The notes beneath the pieces are model-generated. The model was not told the DNA's origin and did not search any database. It saw only the letters and a list, made by a program, of their open reading frames with translations. This document shows, in pieces, positions 6,048-14,183 of a DNA stretch of 24,000 nt. The stretch is from Paracoccaceae bacterium. Lineage in GTDB: Bacteria; Pseudomonadota; Alphaproteobacteria; Rhodobacterales; Rhodobacteraceae. The first letter of the stretch is position 1. Each line of letters begins with the position of its first letter. The stretch is taken from the NCBI GenBank assembly GCA_049974865.1, contig JBNGCX010000026.1, positions 179 through 24,178 of the forward strand, written 5' to 3'. The position numbers were made by a program, and so were the translations under genes.

Positions 6048-7264
6048 TGCCGCGCCGCCTGTCACAGCCCGAATTCATCGCCCTGATGGCGATGCTCTTC
6101 GCCACCATCGCCTTCACCATCGACGCCATGCTGCCCGCCCTGCCCGAGATCGGGCAGGAGCTGAGCGCCGACAACCTCAACCGCGCGCAGCTCGTCCTGA
6201 CCAGCTTCGTCCTCGGCATGGGGGTGGGCACCTTCTTCACCGGGCCGCTCTCGGACGCCTTCGGGCGCAAGCCGGTGATCATGGCCGGCGCGGCGCTCTA
6301 CTGCCTGTCGGCCGTGGCGGCCTGGGCCTCGCAATCGCTGGAATGGCTGCTGGCGGCGCGTTTCCTGCAGGGGCTGGGGGCGGCCGGGCCGCGGGTGGTG
6401 GCGCTGGCCATCATCCGCGACCTCTATGCCGGGCGCCAGATGGCCAAGTTGATGTCCTTCGTGATGCTGATCTTCGCCATCGTGCCGGCCATCGCACCCA
6501 CGCTGGGGGCCGGGATCATGGCCCTGACCGGCTGGCGCGGCATCTTCGGCGCCTTCGTGGGATTCTCGGTGGTCTCGGCCGCCTGGCTCTGGCTGCGCCA
6601 GTCCGAGACCCTGCCGCCGGAGGATCGCCGCCCCCTGCGGGCCGCCGCGCTGTGGGCGGCGGTGAAGGAGGTGTTCTCGATCCCCATGGTGCGGCTGTCG
6701 ATCGCCGTGCAGTCGCTGTGCATGGGGATGCTGTTCTCGGTGCTCAGCTCCACCCAGCAGGTTTATGACACCACCTTCGGGCGCGGCGACAGCTTTCCGT
6801 TCTGGTTCGCCTTCACCGCGCTGATCGCCTCCAGCGCCAGCGTCATCAACGCCTCGCTAGTGGTGCGGCTGGGGATGCGCTATCTGGTGACGCTGGCGCT
6901 CGGCGGGCAGATCCTGCTGTCGGGGACCATGGTGGTGCTCAGCCTGACCCACGCCCTGCCCGGGGCCTGGGCCTTCGGTGCCTGGTTCATCTGGTCCACA
7001 TCGGTGTTCTTCCAGGTCGGGCTGACGCTGGGCAACCTGAACGCCCTGGCGATGGAGCCGCTGGGACATATCGCGGGGATGGCGGCCTCGATCGTCAGTT
7101 CCGTGGCCACCGTGGCCGCGGTGGTGATCGCCGTGCCCATCGGGCTGGCCTTCGACGGCACGCCGCTGCCGCTGGCGGCCGGCATCCTCTGCGCCGCCTC
7201 GCTGGCCTTCGCCCTGATCCGCCGCATGGCGAAGCTGGAGCGCGTGGTCATCCGTCCCACGTGA
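6047..7264 (+). CDS. MFS transporter, Bcr/CflA drug-efflux subfamily
   Basis: This is the in-frame ATG at 6047 within ORF 5441..7264, forming an ATGA overlap with the dsbA-like stop. It encodes 405 aa of highly hydrophobic 12-TM-type sequence with the MFS motif GPLSDAFGRKPV. The upstream 202 codons of the track ORF overlap the DsbA gene in another frame and are Arg/Pro/Gly junk. Confidence 0.85.
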   Translation: MPRRLSQPEFIALMAMLFATIAFTIDAMLPALPEIGQELSADNLNRAQLVLTSFVLGMGVGTFFTGPLSDAFGRKPVIMAGAALYCLSAVAAWASQSLEWLLAARFLQGLGAAGPRVVALAIIRDLYAGRQMAKLMSFVMLIFAIVPAIAPTLGAGIMALTGWRGIFGAFVGFSVVSAAWLWLRQSETLPPEDRRPLRAAALWAAVKEVFSIPMVRLSIAVQSLCMGMLFSVLSSTQQVYDTTFGRGDSFPFWFAFTALIASSASVINASLVVRLGMRYLVTLALGGQILLSGTMVVLSLTHALPGAWAFGAWFIWSTSVFFQVGLTLGNLNALAMEPLGHIAGMAASIVSSVATVAAVVIAVPIGLAFDGTPLPLAAGILCAASLAFALIRRMAKLERVVIRPT

Positions 7265-7267
7265 CGG

Positions 7268-7330
7268 CCCCGATTTTTCTGCGAAAAATCGCTTCCGCGG
7301 GCCAGCCCCCGATTTTTCGCAGAAAAATCG
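7268..7330. repeat. Tandem pair of AT-rich palindromic repeat units (family B) filling a convergent junction
   Basis: Unit B1 (7271-7291) is CGATTTTTC-TGC-GAAAAATCG and unit B2 (7310-7330) is CGATTTTTC-GCA-GAAAAATCG. Each has a perfect 9-bp stem and is preceded by CCCC. The loops are reverse complements of each other. The pair lies between the MFS stop (7264) and the mfd stop (7332). Confidence 0.7.
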
Positions 7331-7331
7331 C

Positions 7332-10300
7332 CTACCCGGCCTTGGCCTTCTTCCGCTCGGCTGCGACCTTCTCGGCCAGGTCGCGGGCGATGGCGAAGGC
7401 GCCCTTGATCTTGTCGCTGTCCTTCTTCCAGTCACGGCGGATGACGATCTTGTTCTCCTTGACCTTGGCCAGCCCCTTCTGCGCCTGGATATATTCCACC
7501 AGCCCCGCGGGCGAGGCGAACTTGTCGTTGTGGAACTGGATCGTCGCCCCCTTGGGCCCGCCATCGAGCCGGGCGATGCCCGCCCGCTTGCACATCGCCT
7601 TGATGCGCACCACCAGCAGCAGGGTGTTCACCTCCTTCGGCAGCTTGCCGAAGCGATCGATCAGCTCGGCGGCAAACCCTTCCAGCTCCACCTTGGTGGT
7701 CAGGCCGGACAGGCGCCGGTAGAGCCCCAGCCGCACGTCCAGGTCGGGCACGTAATCGGCCGGGATCAGCACCGGCACCCCGAGGTTGATCTGCGGCGCC
7801 CAGTGCTCGTCGGCCTCGGTCAGCCCCTCCAGCTCGCCCGCCTTGATCTTGGCGATCGCCTCTTCCAGCATCGACTGGTAAAGCTCGAACCCGACCTCCT
7901 GCATCTGGCCCGACTGCTCCTCGCCCACCAGGTTGCCGGCGCCGCGGATGTCGAGGTCCTGGCTGGCCAGCGTAAAGCCCGCGCCGAGGCTGTCGAGGCT
8001 GCCCAGCACGCGCAGCCGCTTCTCGGCCTGCGGCGTCAGCTTCGCCCGCGGCTTGGTGGTCAGGTAGCAATAGGCCCGGGTCTTGGAGCGCCCCACCCGC
8101 CCCCGGATCTGGTAGAGCTGCGCCAGCCCGAACATGTCGGCCCGGTGCACGACCATGGTGTTGGCGGTGGGGATGTCGAGGCCGGATTCCACGATGGTGG
8201 TGGCCAGCAGCACGTCATACTTGCCGTCGTAGAAGGCGTTCATCCGGTCGTCCAGCTCGCCCGCCGCCATCTGGCCGTGGGCGGTAATGAAACTGACCTC
8301 GGGCACCTGTTCGCGCAGGAAGTCCTCGATCTCGGGCAGGTCCGAGATGCGCGGCACGACGTAAAAGCTCTGCCCGCCCCGGTAATGCTCGCGCAGCAGC
8401 CCCTCGCGGATGGTCACGGCGTCGAATTCCGAGACGAAGGTGCGGATCGCCAGGCGGTCCACCGGCGGGGTGCCGATGATGGACAGGTCGCGCACCCCGG
8501 TCAGCGACATCTGCAGCGTGCGGGGGATGGGCGTGGCGGTCAGCGTCAGGACGTGGATGTCGCTGCGCATCTGCTTCAGCCGCTCCTTGTGGGTGACACC
8601 GAAATGCTGCTCCTCGTCGATGATCAGCAGACCGAGATTGGAGAATTTCACGCTCTTGGCCAGCACCGCATGGGTGCCGATGACGATATCCACCGTGCCC
8701 TCGGCCAGACCCGCGCGCGTCTCCGACGCCTGCTTGGCCGAGACGAAGCGCGACAGCTGGCGCACCTGCAGCGGGAAGCCGCGGAAGCGCTCCTGGAAGG
8801 CCTTGGCATGCTGGCGCGCCAGCAGCGTGGTGGGCGCGATCACCGCTACCTGCGTCCCCGACATCGCGGCGACGAAAGCCGCGCGCATCGCGACCTCGGT
8901 CTTGCCGAAGCCGACATCGCCGCAGACCAGCCGGTCCATCGGGCTGCCCCGGCCCAGATCCTCCAGCACGTCCTCGATCGCGCGCAGTTGGTCCTCGGTC
9001 TCCTGGTAGGGGAAGCGGGCGCAGAATTCCTCCCACATGTGGTTGCCCGGCTCCATCACCGGGGCGCGGCGCAACGCGCGTTCGGCGGCGACGCGGATCA
9101 GCTTGTCGGCGATCTCGCGGATGCGCTCTTTCATCCGGGCCTTCTTGGCCTGCCAGGCACCGCCGCCCAGCTTGTCGAGCAGCCCCTCCTCGTGGCCGTA
9201 GCGGCTGAGCAGCTCGATATTCTCGACCGGCAGGAACAGCCGGTCACCGCCGGCATATTCCAGCGCGATGCATTCATGCGGCGCGCCCGCCGCCGTCACC
9301 GTCTCGAGCCCGGTGTAGCGCCCGACGCCGTGGTCGACATGGACCACCAGGTCGCCCGGGGACAGCGATTGAGCTTCGGTCAGGAAGTTCTCGGCCTTCT
9401 TGCGTTTTTTCGGCGCGCGGATCAGGCGGTCGCCCAGCACGTCCTGTTCCGAGATCACGGTCAGGCCGGGGCTTTCGAAGCCGTGCTCCAGCGCCCAGAC
9501 AGCCAGGTACAGGCCCTTGGCCCCAATCTCACGCGCGTCGCTGACGGGCAGGATGCCGGCCAGGCCCTCGTCCTCCAGCAACCCGGTCAGACGCTCGCGC
9601 GCGCCCTCGGAATAGGAGGCGACCAGCACCGGACCATCTTCGAGTTTTGCCTGAACATGATCCTTCAGAGCTTCGAAAAGATTGACATTTTCCAGCCGGC
9701 GCTCCGGTGCGAAATTGCGCCCGATCCGGCCGCCCGCGTCCAGAACGCCCGGCCCCGTGCCCTGCGGCAGCGGGCTGAGCTGCACCACGCGGTGGCCCGC
9801 CACAGCCTGCCCCCAGGCCGCGTCGTCGAGATAGAGCAGCCCCGGCGGGCAGGGCTTGTAGACCGTCTCCAGCCGGCTTTTCTGGGCCATCGCCTCGCGC
9901 CGGGCATCGTATTGATCGGCAATGCTTTCCCAGCGCGACAGCCGCGCCGGCGTGGTCTGATCGTCGAGGAAGACCGAGGCGCCGGGAACGTAGTCGAACA
10001 GCGTTTCCAGTTCCTCGTGGAAAAACGGCAGCCAGTGCTCCATGCCCTGCTGCTTGCGCCCGGCGCTGACCGCCTCGTACAGCGGGTCGTCGCTGCCGGC
10101 CGCGCCGAACTCGATGCGGTAGTTCTGGCGGAACCGCGTGATCGCCGCCTCGTCGAGGATGACCTCGGACACTGGCGCCAGTTCGACCTTCTTCAGCTTT
10201 TCGGTGGTGCGCTGGGTGGCCGGGTCGAACCGGCGTGCGCCGTCCAGCACGTCGCCGAACAGGTCCAGCCGCACCGGCCCCTCCTGCCCCGGCGGGAAGA

Positions 10301-10790
10301 TGTCGATGATGCCGCCGCGGATGGCGTAGTCGCCCGGCTCGGTCACTGTGGGCGCCTGCACGAAGCCCATGCGCACCAGAAACGCCTTCAGCGCCTCGAC
10401 GTCGACCTGCTGATCGACGCGGGCGGAAAAGGCCGCCTCCTTCAGCACGGCGCGGGCGGGCACCCGCTGGGTGGCGGCGCTGAGCGTGGTCAGCAGCACG
10501 AAGGGCCCCGGAAGCCCGTGGGCCAGCGCCGCCAGCGTGGCCATGCGGGCGGCCGAGATATCGGCATGGGGCGAGACGCGGTCATAGGGCAGGCAGTCCC
10601 AGGCCGGGAAATCCAGCACCGTCACCTCGGGCGCGAGGAAGGCCAGCGCCGCGCGCATCTCGGCCAGGCGCTTGTCGTCGCGGGCGACATGCACGACCGG
10701 CGTGCCGCGCTTTTCCAGTTCGCGGGCCAGGAGGCGGGCGTCATAGCCTTCGGGGGCGCCGCCGAGGGTAATATGGTCAGGCAGGGACAT
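7332..10790 (-). CDS. mfd: Transcription-repair coupling factor Mfd
   Basis: This is the ORF 7332..11294 trimmed to the ATG at 10790 (MSLPDHITLGGAPEGYD...), giving 1152 aa. It has the superfamily-2 helicase motifs GDVGFGKTEVA and IIDEEQHFG, UvrB-homology and CarD/RNAP-interaction regions, and a TRG-type C-terminal translocase region. Confidence 0.95.
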   Translation of the reverse strand: MSLPDHITLGGAPEGYDARLLARELEKRGTPVVHVARDDKRLAEMRAALAFLAPEVTVLDFPAWDCLPYDRVSPHADISAARMATLAALAHGLPGPFVLLTTLSAATQRVPARAVLKEAAFSARVDQQVDVEALKAFLVRMGFVQAPTVTEPGDYAIRGGIIDIFPPGQEGPVRLDLFGDVLDGARRFDPATQRTTEKLKKVELAPVSEVILDEAAITRFRQNYRIEFGAAGSDDPLYEAVSAGRKQQGMEHWLPFFHEELETLFDYVPGASVFLDDQTTPARLSRWESIADQYDARREAMAQKSRLETVYKPCPPGLLYLDDAAWGQAVAGHRVVQLSPLPQGTGPGVLDAGGRIGRNFAPERRLENVNLFEALKDHVQAKLEDGPVLVASYSEGARERLTGLLEDEGLAGILPVSDAREIGAKGLYLAVWALEHGFESPGLTVISEQDVLGDRLIRAPKKRKKAENFLTEAQSLSPGDLVVHVDHGVGRYTGLETVTAAGAPHECIALEYAGGDRLFLPVENIELLSRYGHEEGLLDKLGGGAWQAKKARMKERIREIADKLIRVAAERALRRAPVMEPGNHMWEEFCARFPYQETEDQLRAIEDVLEDLGRGSPMDRLVCGDVGFGKTEVAMRAAFVAAMSGTQVAVIAPTTLLARQHAKAFQERFRGFPLQVRQLSRFVSAKQASETRAGLAEGTVDIVIGTHAVLAKSVKFSNLGLLIIDEEQHFGVTHKERLKQMRSDIHVLTLTATPIPRTLQMSLTGVRDLSIIGTPPVDRLAIRTFVSEFDAVTIREGLLREHYRGGQSFYVVPRISDLPEIEDFLREQVPEVSFITAHGQMAAGELDDRMNAFYDGKYDVLLATTIVESGLDIPTANTMVVHRADMFGLAQLYQIRGRVGRSKTRAYCYLTTKPRAKLTPQAEKRLRVLGSLDSLGAGFTLASQDLDIRGAGNLVGEEQSGQMQEVGFELYQSMLEEAIAKIKAGELEGLTEADEHWAPQINLGVPVLIPADYVPDLDVRLGLYRRLSGLTTKVELEGFAAELIDRFGKLPKEVNTLLLVVRIKAMCKRAGIARLDGGPKGATIQFHNDKFASPAGLVEYIQAQKGLAKVKENKIVIRRDWKKDSDKIKGAFAIARDLAEKVAAERKKAKAG

Positions 10791-10822
10791 GGGTGCGTGA
10801 GGTAAAGGCGCGGGCGGCGAAG

Positions 10823-11314
10823 TCAACCACCTAGCACCCCGATCTGCATGTTTTGCAGCATCCCCCAGAAGGCGGTGACGAAGATCGACACCATGCCGAT
10901 GACCTGGGTGAAGAACCGGTGCCGCTTCAGCCGCTTGTACAGCGCCTTGCCCTCGGGCGACTTGGCATGGATGTGCCGCGCAGTGTGGCTGCTGAGCAGC
11001 GCCACCAGGCTCATCGGGAAGAGCAGCAGGAACAGCGCCTGGCAGAACTCGTTGCCATAGGCCCAGCCCAGCATGGCCAGCACCGTCAGCAGGAACGACC
11101 CCAGCGCGATCAGCCAGGTCCCCGCGGTGCCCGCGATATAGAGGATGCGGTTGACGTTTATGCGCACCATGTCCTGCAGGTCGATCTCGGCCTGCCCGCC
11201 ACCCCGCGCGGCACGCTGGACCAGGTCGAAAGGAACGCCCAGGACGTAATGCGCGGTGCTCGACCACAACACCGCCAGCGCGATCCAGTACCAAAGATTG
11301 GAGAAGGACCGCAT
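10823..11314 (-). CDS. Small integral membrane protein (about 4 TM), function unknown
   Basis: This is the ORF 10823..11719 trimmed to the ATG at 11314 (MRSFSNLWYWIALAVLW...), giving 163 aa. It has four hydrophobic segments. An alternative TTG start at 11350 has the SD AGGGAAGG upstream. It lies 32 bp upstream of mfd on the same strand. No family is recognised with confidence. Confidence 0.6.
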   Translation of the reverse strand: MRSFSNLWYWIALAVLWSSTAHYVLGVPFDLVQRAARGGGQAEIDLQDMVRINVNRILYIAGTAGTWLIALGSFLLTVLAMLGWAYGNEFCQALFLLLFPMSLVALLSSHTARHIHAKSPEGKALYKRLKRHRFFTQVIGMVSIFVTAFWGMLQNMQIGVLGG

Positions 11315-11471
11315 GTCGATGAGTTCAAAGACGGTTTGATACAGGTCCAAGGACCTTCCCTCGCTTGCTTTTTCGCCGACATTAACGCCGCCCCCCGGGA
11401 AATCCCAGACTTGAGATGCCCGGCGATCCGTGTCACCCAGTCGAAAAAAGCAAATGCCCGAGGAACGCCCG

Positions 11472-12473
<1,002 letters not shown>

Positions 12474-12507
12474 TGCGGCGGGAAGCCGCCAAGAACCGCA
12501 AGACCTG

Positions 12508-12536
12508 ATGACTTTGGCCCCGAAACCCCCTATAAA
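12508..12536 (+). promoter_or_regulatory. Sigma70-like promoter candidate for the SYLF lipoprotein gene
   Basis: ATGACT (12508-12513) is followed by a 17-nt spacer and TATAAA (12531-12536), about 55 nt upstream of the ATG at 12592. Confidence 0.3.
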
Positions 12537-12591
12537 TCGGGGCAATGGCCGGATAAGGCCAATGGCACAGGCAAAACGAGGGCAGTATCCC

Positions 12592-13152
12592 ATGAGCATG
12601 TTTTCCAGGCGCAGCTTCCTGATGGGCGCAGGCGCGAGCACGGCGCTGGCCGCGGGCTGCAGCAACGGGCTGGGCAGCAACGGCGCCAACACCATCGACG
12701 CGCGGGTCGACGCCACCCGCGAATACCTCTTCGGCCGCTACCCCGGCACGCTGGAGCTGTCGCAAAAGGCGCGCGGCATCCTTTGGATGCCGCTGATCAC
12801 CAAAGCCGGCTTCATGGTCGGCGGCGCCTATGGGCGCGGCGCGCTGCGCATCGACGACGTGACGGTCGATTACTACTCGGCCGCGCAGGCGACGATCGGC
12901 TTCCAGATCGGGGCCCAGCAATACGCCCACGCGCTGTTCTTCATGACCGACGAGGCGCTGCGCGATTTCCGCTACAGCGCGGGCTGGTCGGCGGGCGCCG
13001 ACATGGAATACGCGGTCAAGGACCAGGCCGGCAACATCAGCGCCGAGACGCTGACCGCGCTCGACCCGGTGATCGCGCTGGTCTTCGGCCAAGCCGGGCT
13101 GATCCTGGGCGCCACGCTGGAGGGCACCAAGTACACGAGGATCATCCCCTGA
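12592..13152 (+). CDS. SYLF (Ysc84/DUF500) domain lipoprotein with a Tat-type signal peptide
   Basis: This is the ORF 12508..13152 trimmed to the ATG at 12592, with the SD ACGAGGG upstream. The N-terminus MSMFSRRSFLMGAGASTALAAGC combines the twin-arginine motif SRRSFL with a lipobox Cys. The SYLF-like core is KAGFMVGGAYGRGAL...IGFQIGAQQ. Confidence 0.75.
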   Translation: MSMFSRRSFLMGAGASTALAAGCSNGLGSNGANTIDARVDATREYLFGRYPGTLELSQKARGILWMPLITKAGFMVGGAYGRGALRIDDVTVDYYSAAQATIGFQIGAQQYAHALFFMTDEALRDFRYSAGWSAGADMEYAVKDQAGNISAETLTALDPVIALVFGQAGLILGATLEGTKYTRIIP

Positions 13153-13176
13153 TCCGCGGCCCGTCCCCGGACATGG

Positions 13177-13205
13177 AAACGCCCCCGGTTCCGGGGGCGT
13201 TTTTC
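13177..13205. terminator. Bidirectional Rho-independent terminator between convergent genes
   Basis: This is the perfect palindrome AAACGCCCCCGG-TT-CCGGGGGCGTTT (13177-13202) followed by further T's. It has a T-run on the + side and a TTT(CC) tail on the - side. Confidence 0.8.
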
Positions 13206-13231
13206 GTTCTCGGGATGTCCGCGGGCCGGGC

Positions 13232-14104
13232 TCAGCCGGCGGCGCGCAGGCGCTTGATCAGGCTGGAGGTGTCCCAGCGGCCGCCGCCCATCTTCTGCAC
13301 GTCCTTGTAGAACTGGTCGACCAGCGCGGTCACCGGCAGGCTGGCGCCGGTCTCGTCGGCTGTGGACAGGCAGATCGCCAGGTCCTTGCGCATCCAGTCC
13401 ACGGCGAAGCCATGCTCGAACTCGTCGTCCAGCATGGTCTCGTAGCGGTTCGACATCTGCCAGCTGCCGGCGGCACCCTGGCTGATCACCTCGACCACCG
13501 CGCGACCGTCGAGCCCCGCCTTTTCCGAGAAATGCAGCGCCTCGGACAGGCCCTGGACCAGCCCGGCGATGGCGATCTGGTTGCACATCTTGGTCATCTG
13601 GCCCGCGCCGCTTTCGCCCAGGCGGCGGCAGATGCGGGCATAGGCGTCGATGATCGGCTCGGCCCGGTCATAGGCTTCGGCGTCGCCGCCGCACATCACC
13701 GACAGCACGCCGTTCTCGGCCCCGGCCTGGCCGCCCGAGACCGGCGCGTCAACGAAGGACACGCTGCCCGCCTTGGCCATGTCGTACATCTCGGCCGTGA
13801 CCTTGGCCGACACGGTGGTGTGATCGACGAAGACGCTGCCCGCCGCCATCGCACCGAGCGCCCCGTCGGGGCCGGCGCAGACCGCCCGCAGGTCGTCGTC
13901 ATTGCCCACGCAGGCCATCACGAACTCCTTGCCCGCGGCGGCCTCGGCCGGGGTCGCGGCCATGGCGCCGCCATGCTGTTCCACCCATTTTTCGGCCTTG
14001 GCGGCGGTTCGGTTGTAGACCGTGACCTCGTGGCCCTTGGCGGCCAGGTGCCCGGCCATCGGATAGCCCATCACGCCCAGGCCCAGAAATGCGACTTTTG
14101 CCAT
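13232..14104 (-). CDS. NAD(P)-dependent oxidoreductase, 3-hydroxyisobutyrate dehydrogenase (HIBADH)/tartronate-semialdehyde reductase family
   Basis: This is a 290-aa ORF. The N-terminal dinucleotide fold is VAFLGLGVMGYPMAGHL, followed by ...VDAPVSGG and a catalytic-Lys region. The SD GGGGGAAACC lies upstream. Confidence 0.85.
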   Translation of the reverse strand: MAKVAFLGLGVMGYPMAGHLAAKGHEVTVYNRTAAKAEKWVEQHGGAMAATPAEAAAGKEFVMACVGNDDDLRAVCAGPDGALGAMAAGSVFVDHTTVSAKVTAEMYDMAKAGSVSFVDAPVSGGQAGAENGVLSVMCGGDAEAYDRAEPIIDAYARICRRLGESGAGQMTKMCNQIAIAGLVQGLSEALHFSEKAGLDGRAVVEVISQGAAGSWQMSNRYETMLDDEFEHGFAVDWMRKDLAICLSTADETGASLPVTALVDQFYKDVQKMGGGRWDTSSLIKRLRAAG

Positions 14105-14183
14105 GGTTTCCCCCTTGTCGGTGCTTGCCCTCTGGTTGCCTCCTTAGTAACCGATGGGGGTATCCCGTCAATACGAGGCCCCC

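Noticed and set aside
7530-10805. A 1091-aa ORF on the + strand, exactly antisense to mfd, together with other very long shadow ORFs: 13412..16462 (+), 13899..16532 (-), 1471..3171 (-), 4076..5554 (-), 16755..18017 (+), 18644..20218 (+), 11433..12716 (-) and 20164..21006 (+).
   Set aside because: Each overlaps a gene with clear family motifs in another frame or strand. Their translations are low-complexity Arg/Gly/Ala/Pro/His-rich strings with no recognisable domains. Long stop-free antisense frames are an expected by-product of GC3-rich codon usage.
10791-11294. The 5' extension of the mfd ORF to 1320 aa. Analogous extensions occur for bdhA (832-882), the XRE gene (3821-3964), the MFS gene (5441-6046), ntrX (22737-22868), the membrane protein (11315-11719), hemB (11430-11471), the SYLF gene (12508-12591) and the acylase (14154-14183).
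   Set aside because: The extensions overlap neighbouring genes or intergenic repeats, have junk-like composition, and lack SD sequences. Internal start codons with SDs give lengths and N-termini typical of each family.
11336-11349. An FNR/FnrL-like box, TTGAT-ACAG-GTCCA, in the membrane-protein/hemB divergent region.
   Set aside because: Only the left half-site matches the TTGAT-N4-ATCAA consensus, while the right half matches 3 of 5 positions. It may also lie inside coding sequence if the TTG start at 11350 is used. This is insufficient for a call.
12541-12570. Direct repeats GCAATGGCC / GCCAATGGC and a CCCCGA...TCGGGG stem upstream of the SYLF gene, considered as a possible riboswitch or operator.
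   Set aside because: The elements are short and imperfect, with no resemblance to any riboswitch class I recognise. They are compatible with chance in a ~110-bp leader.
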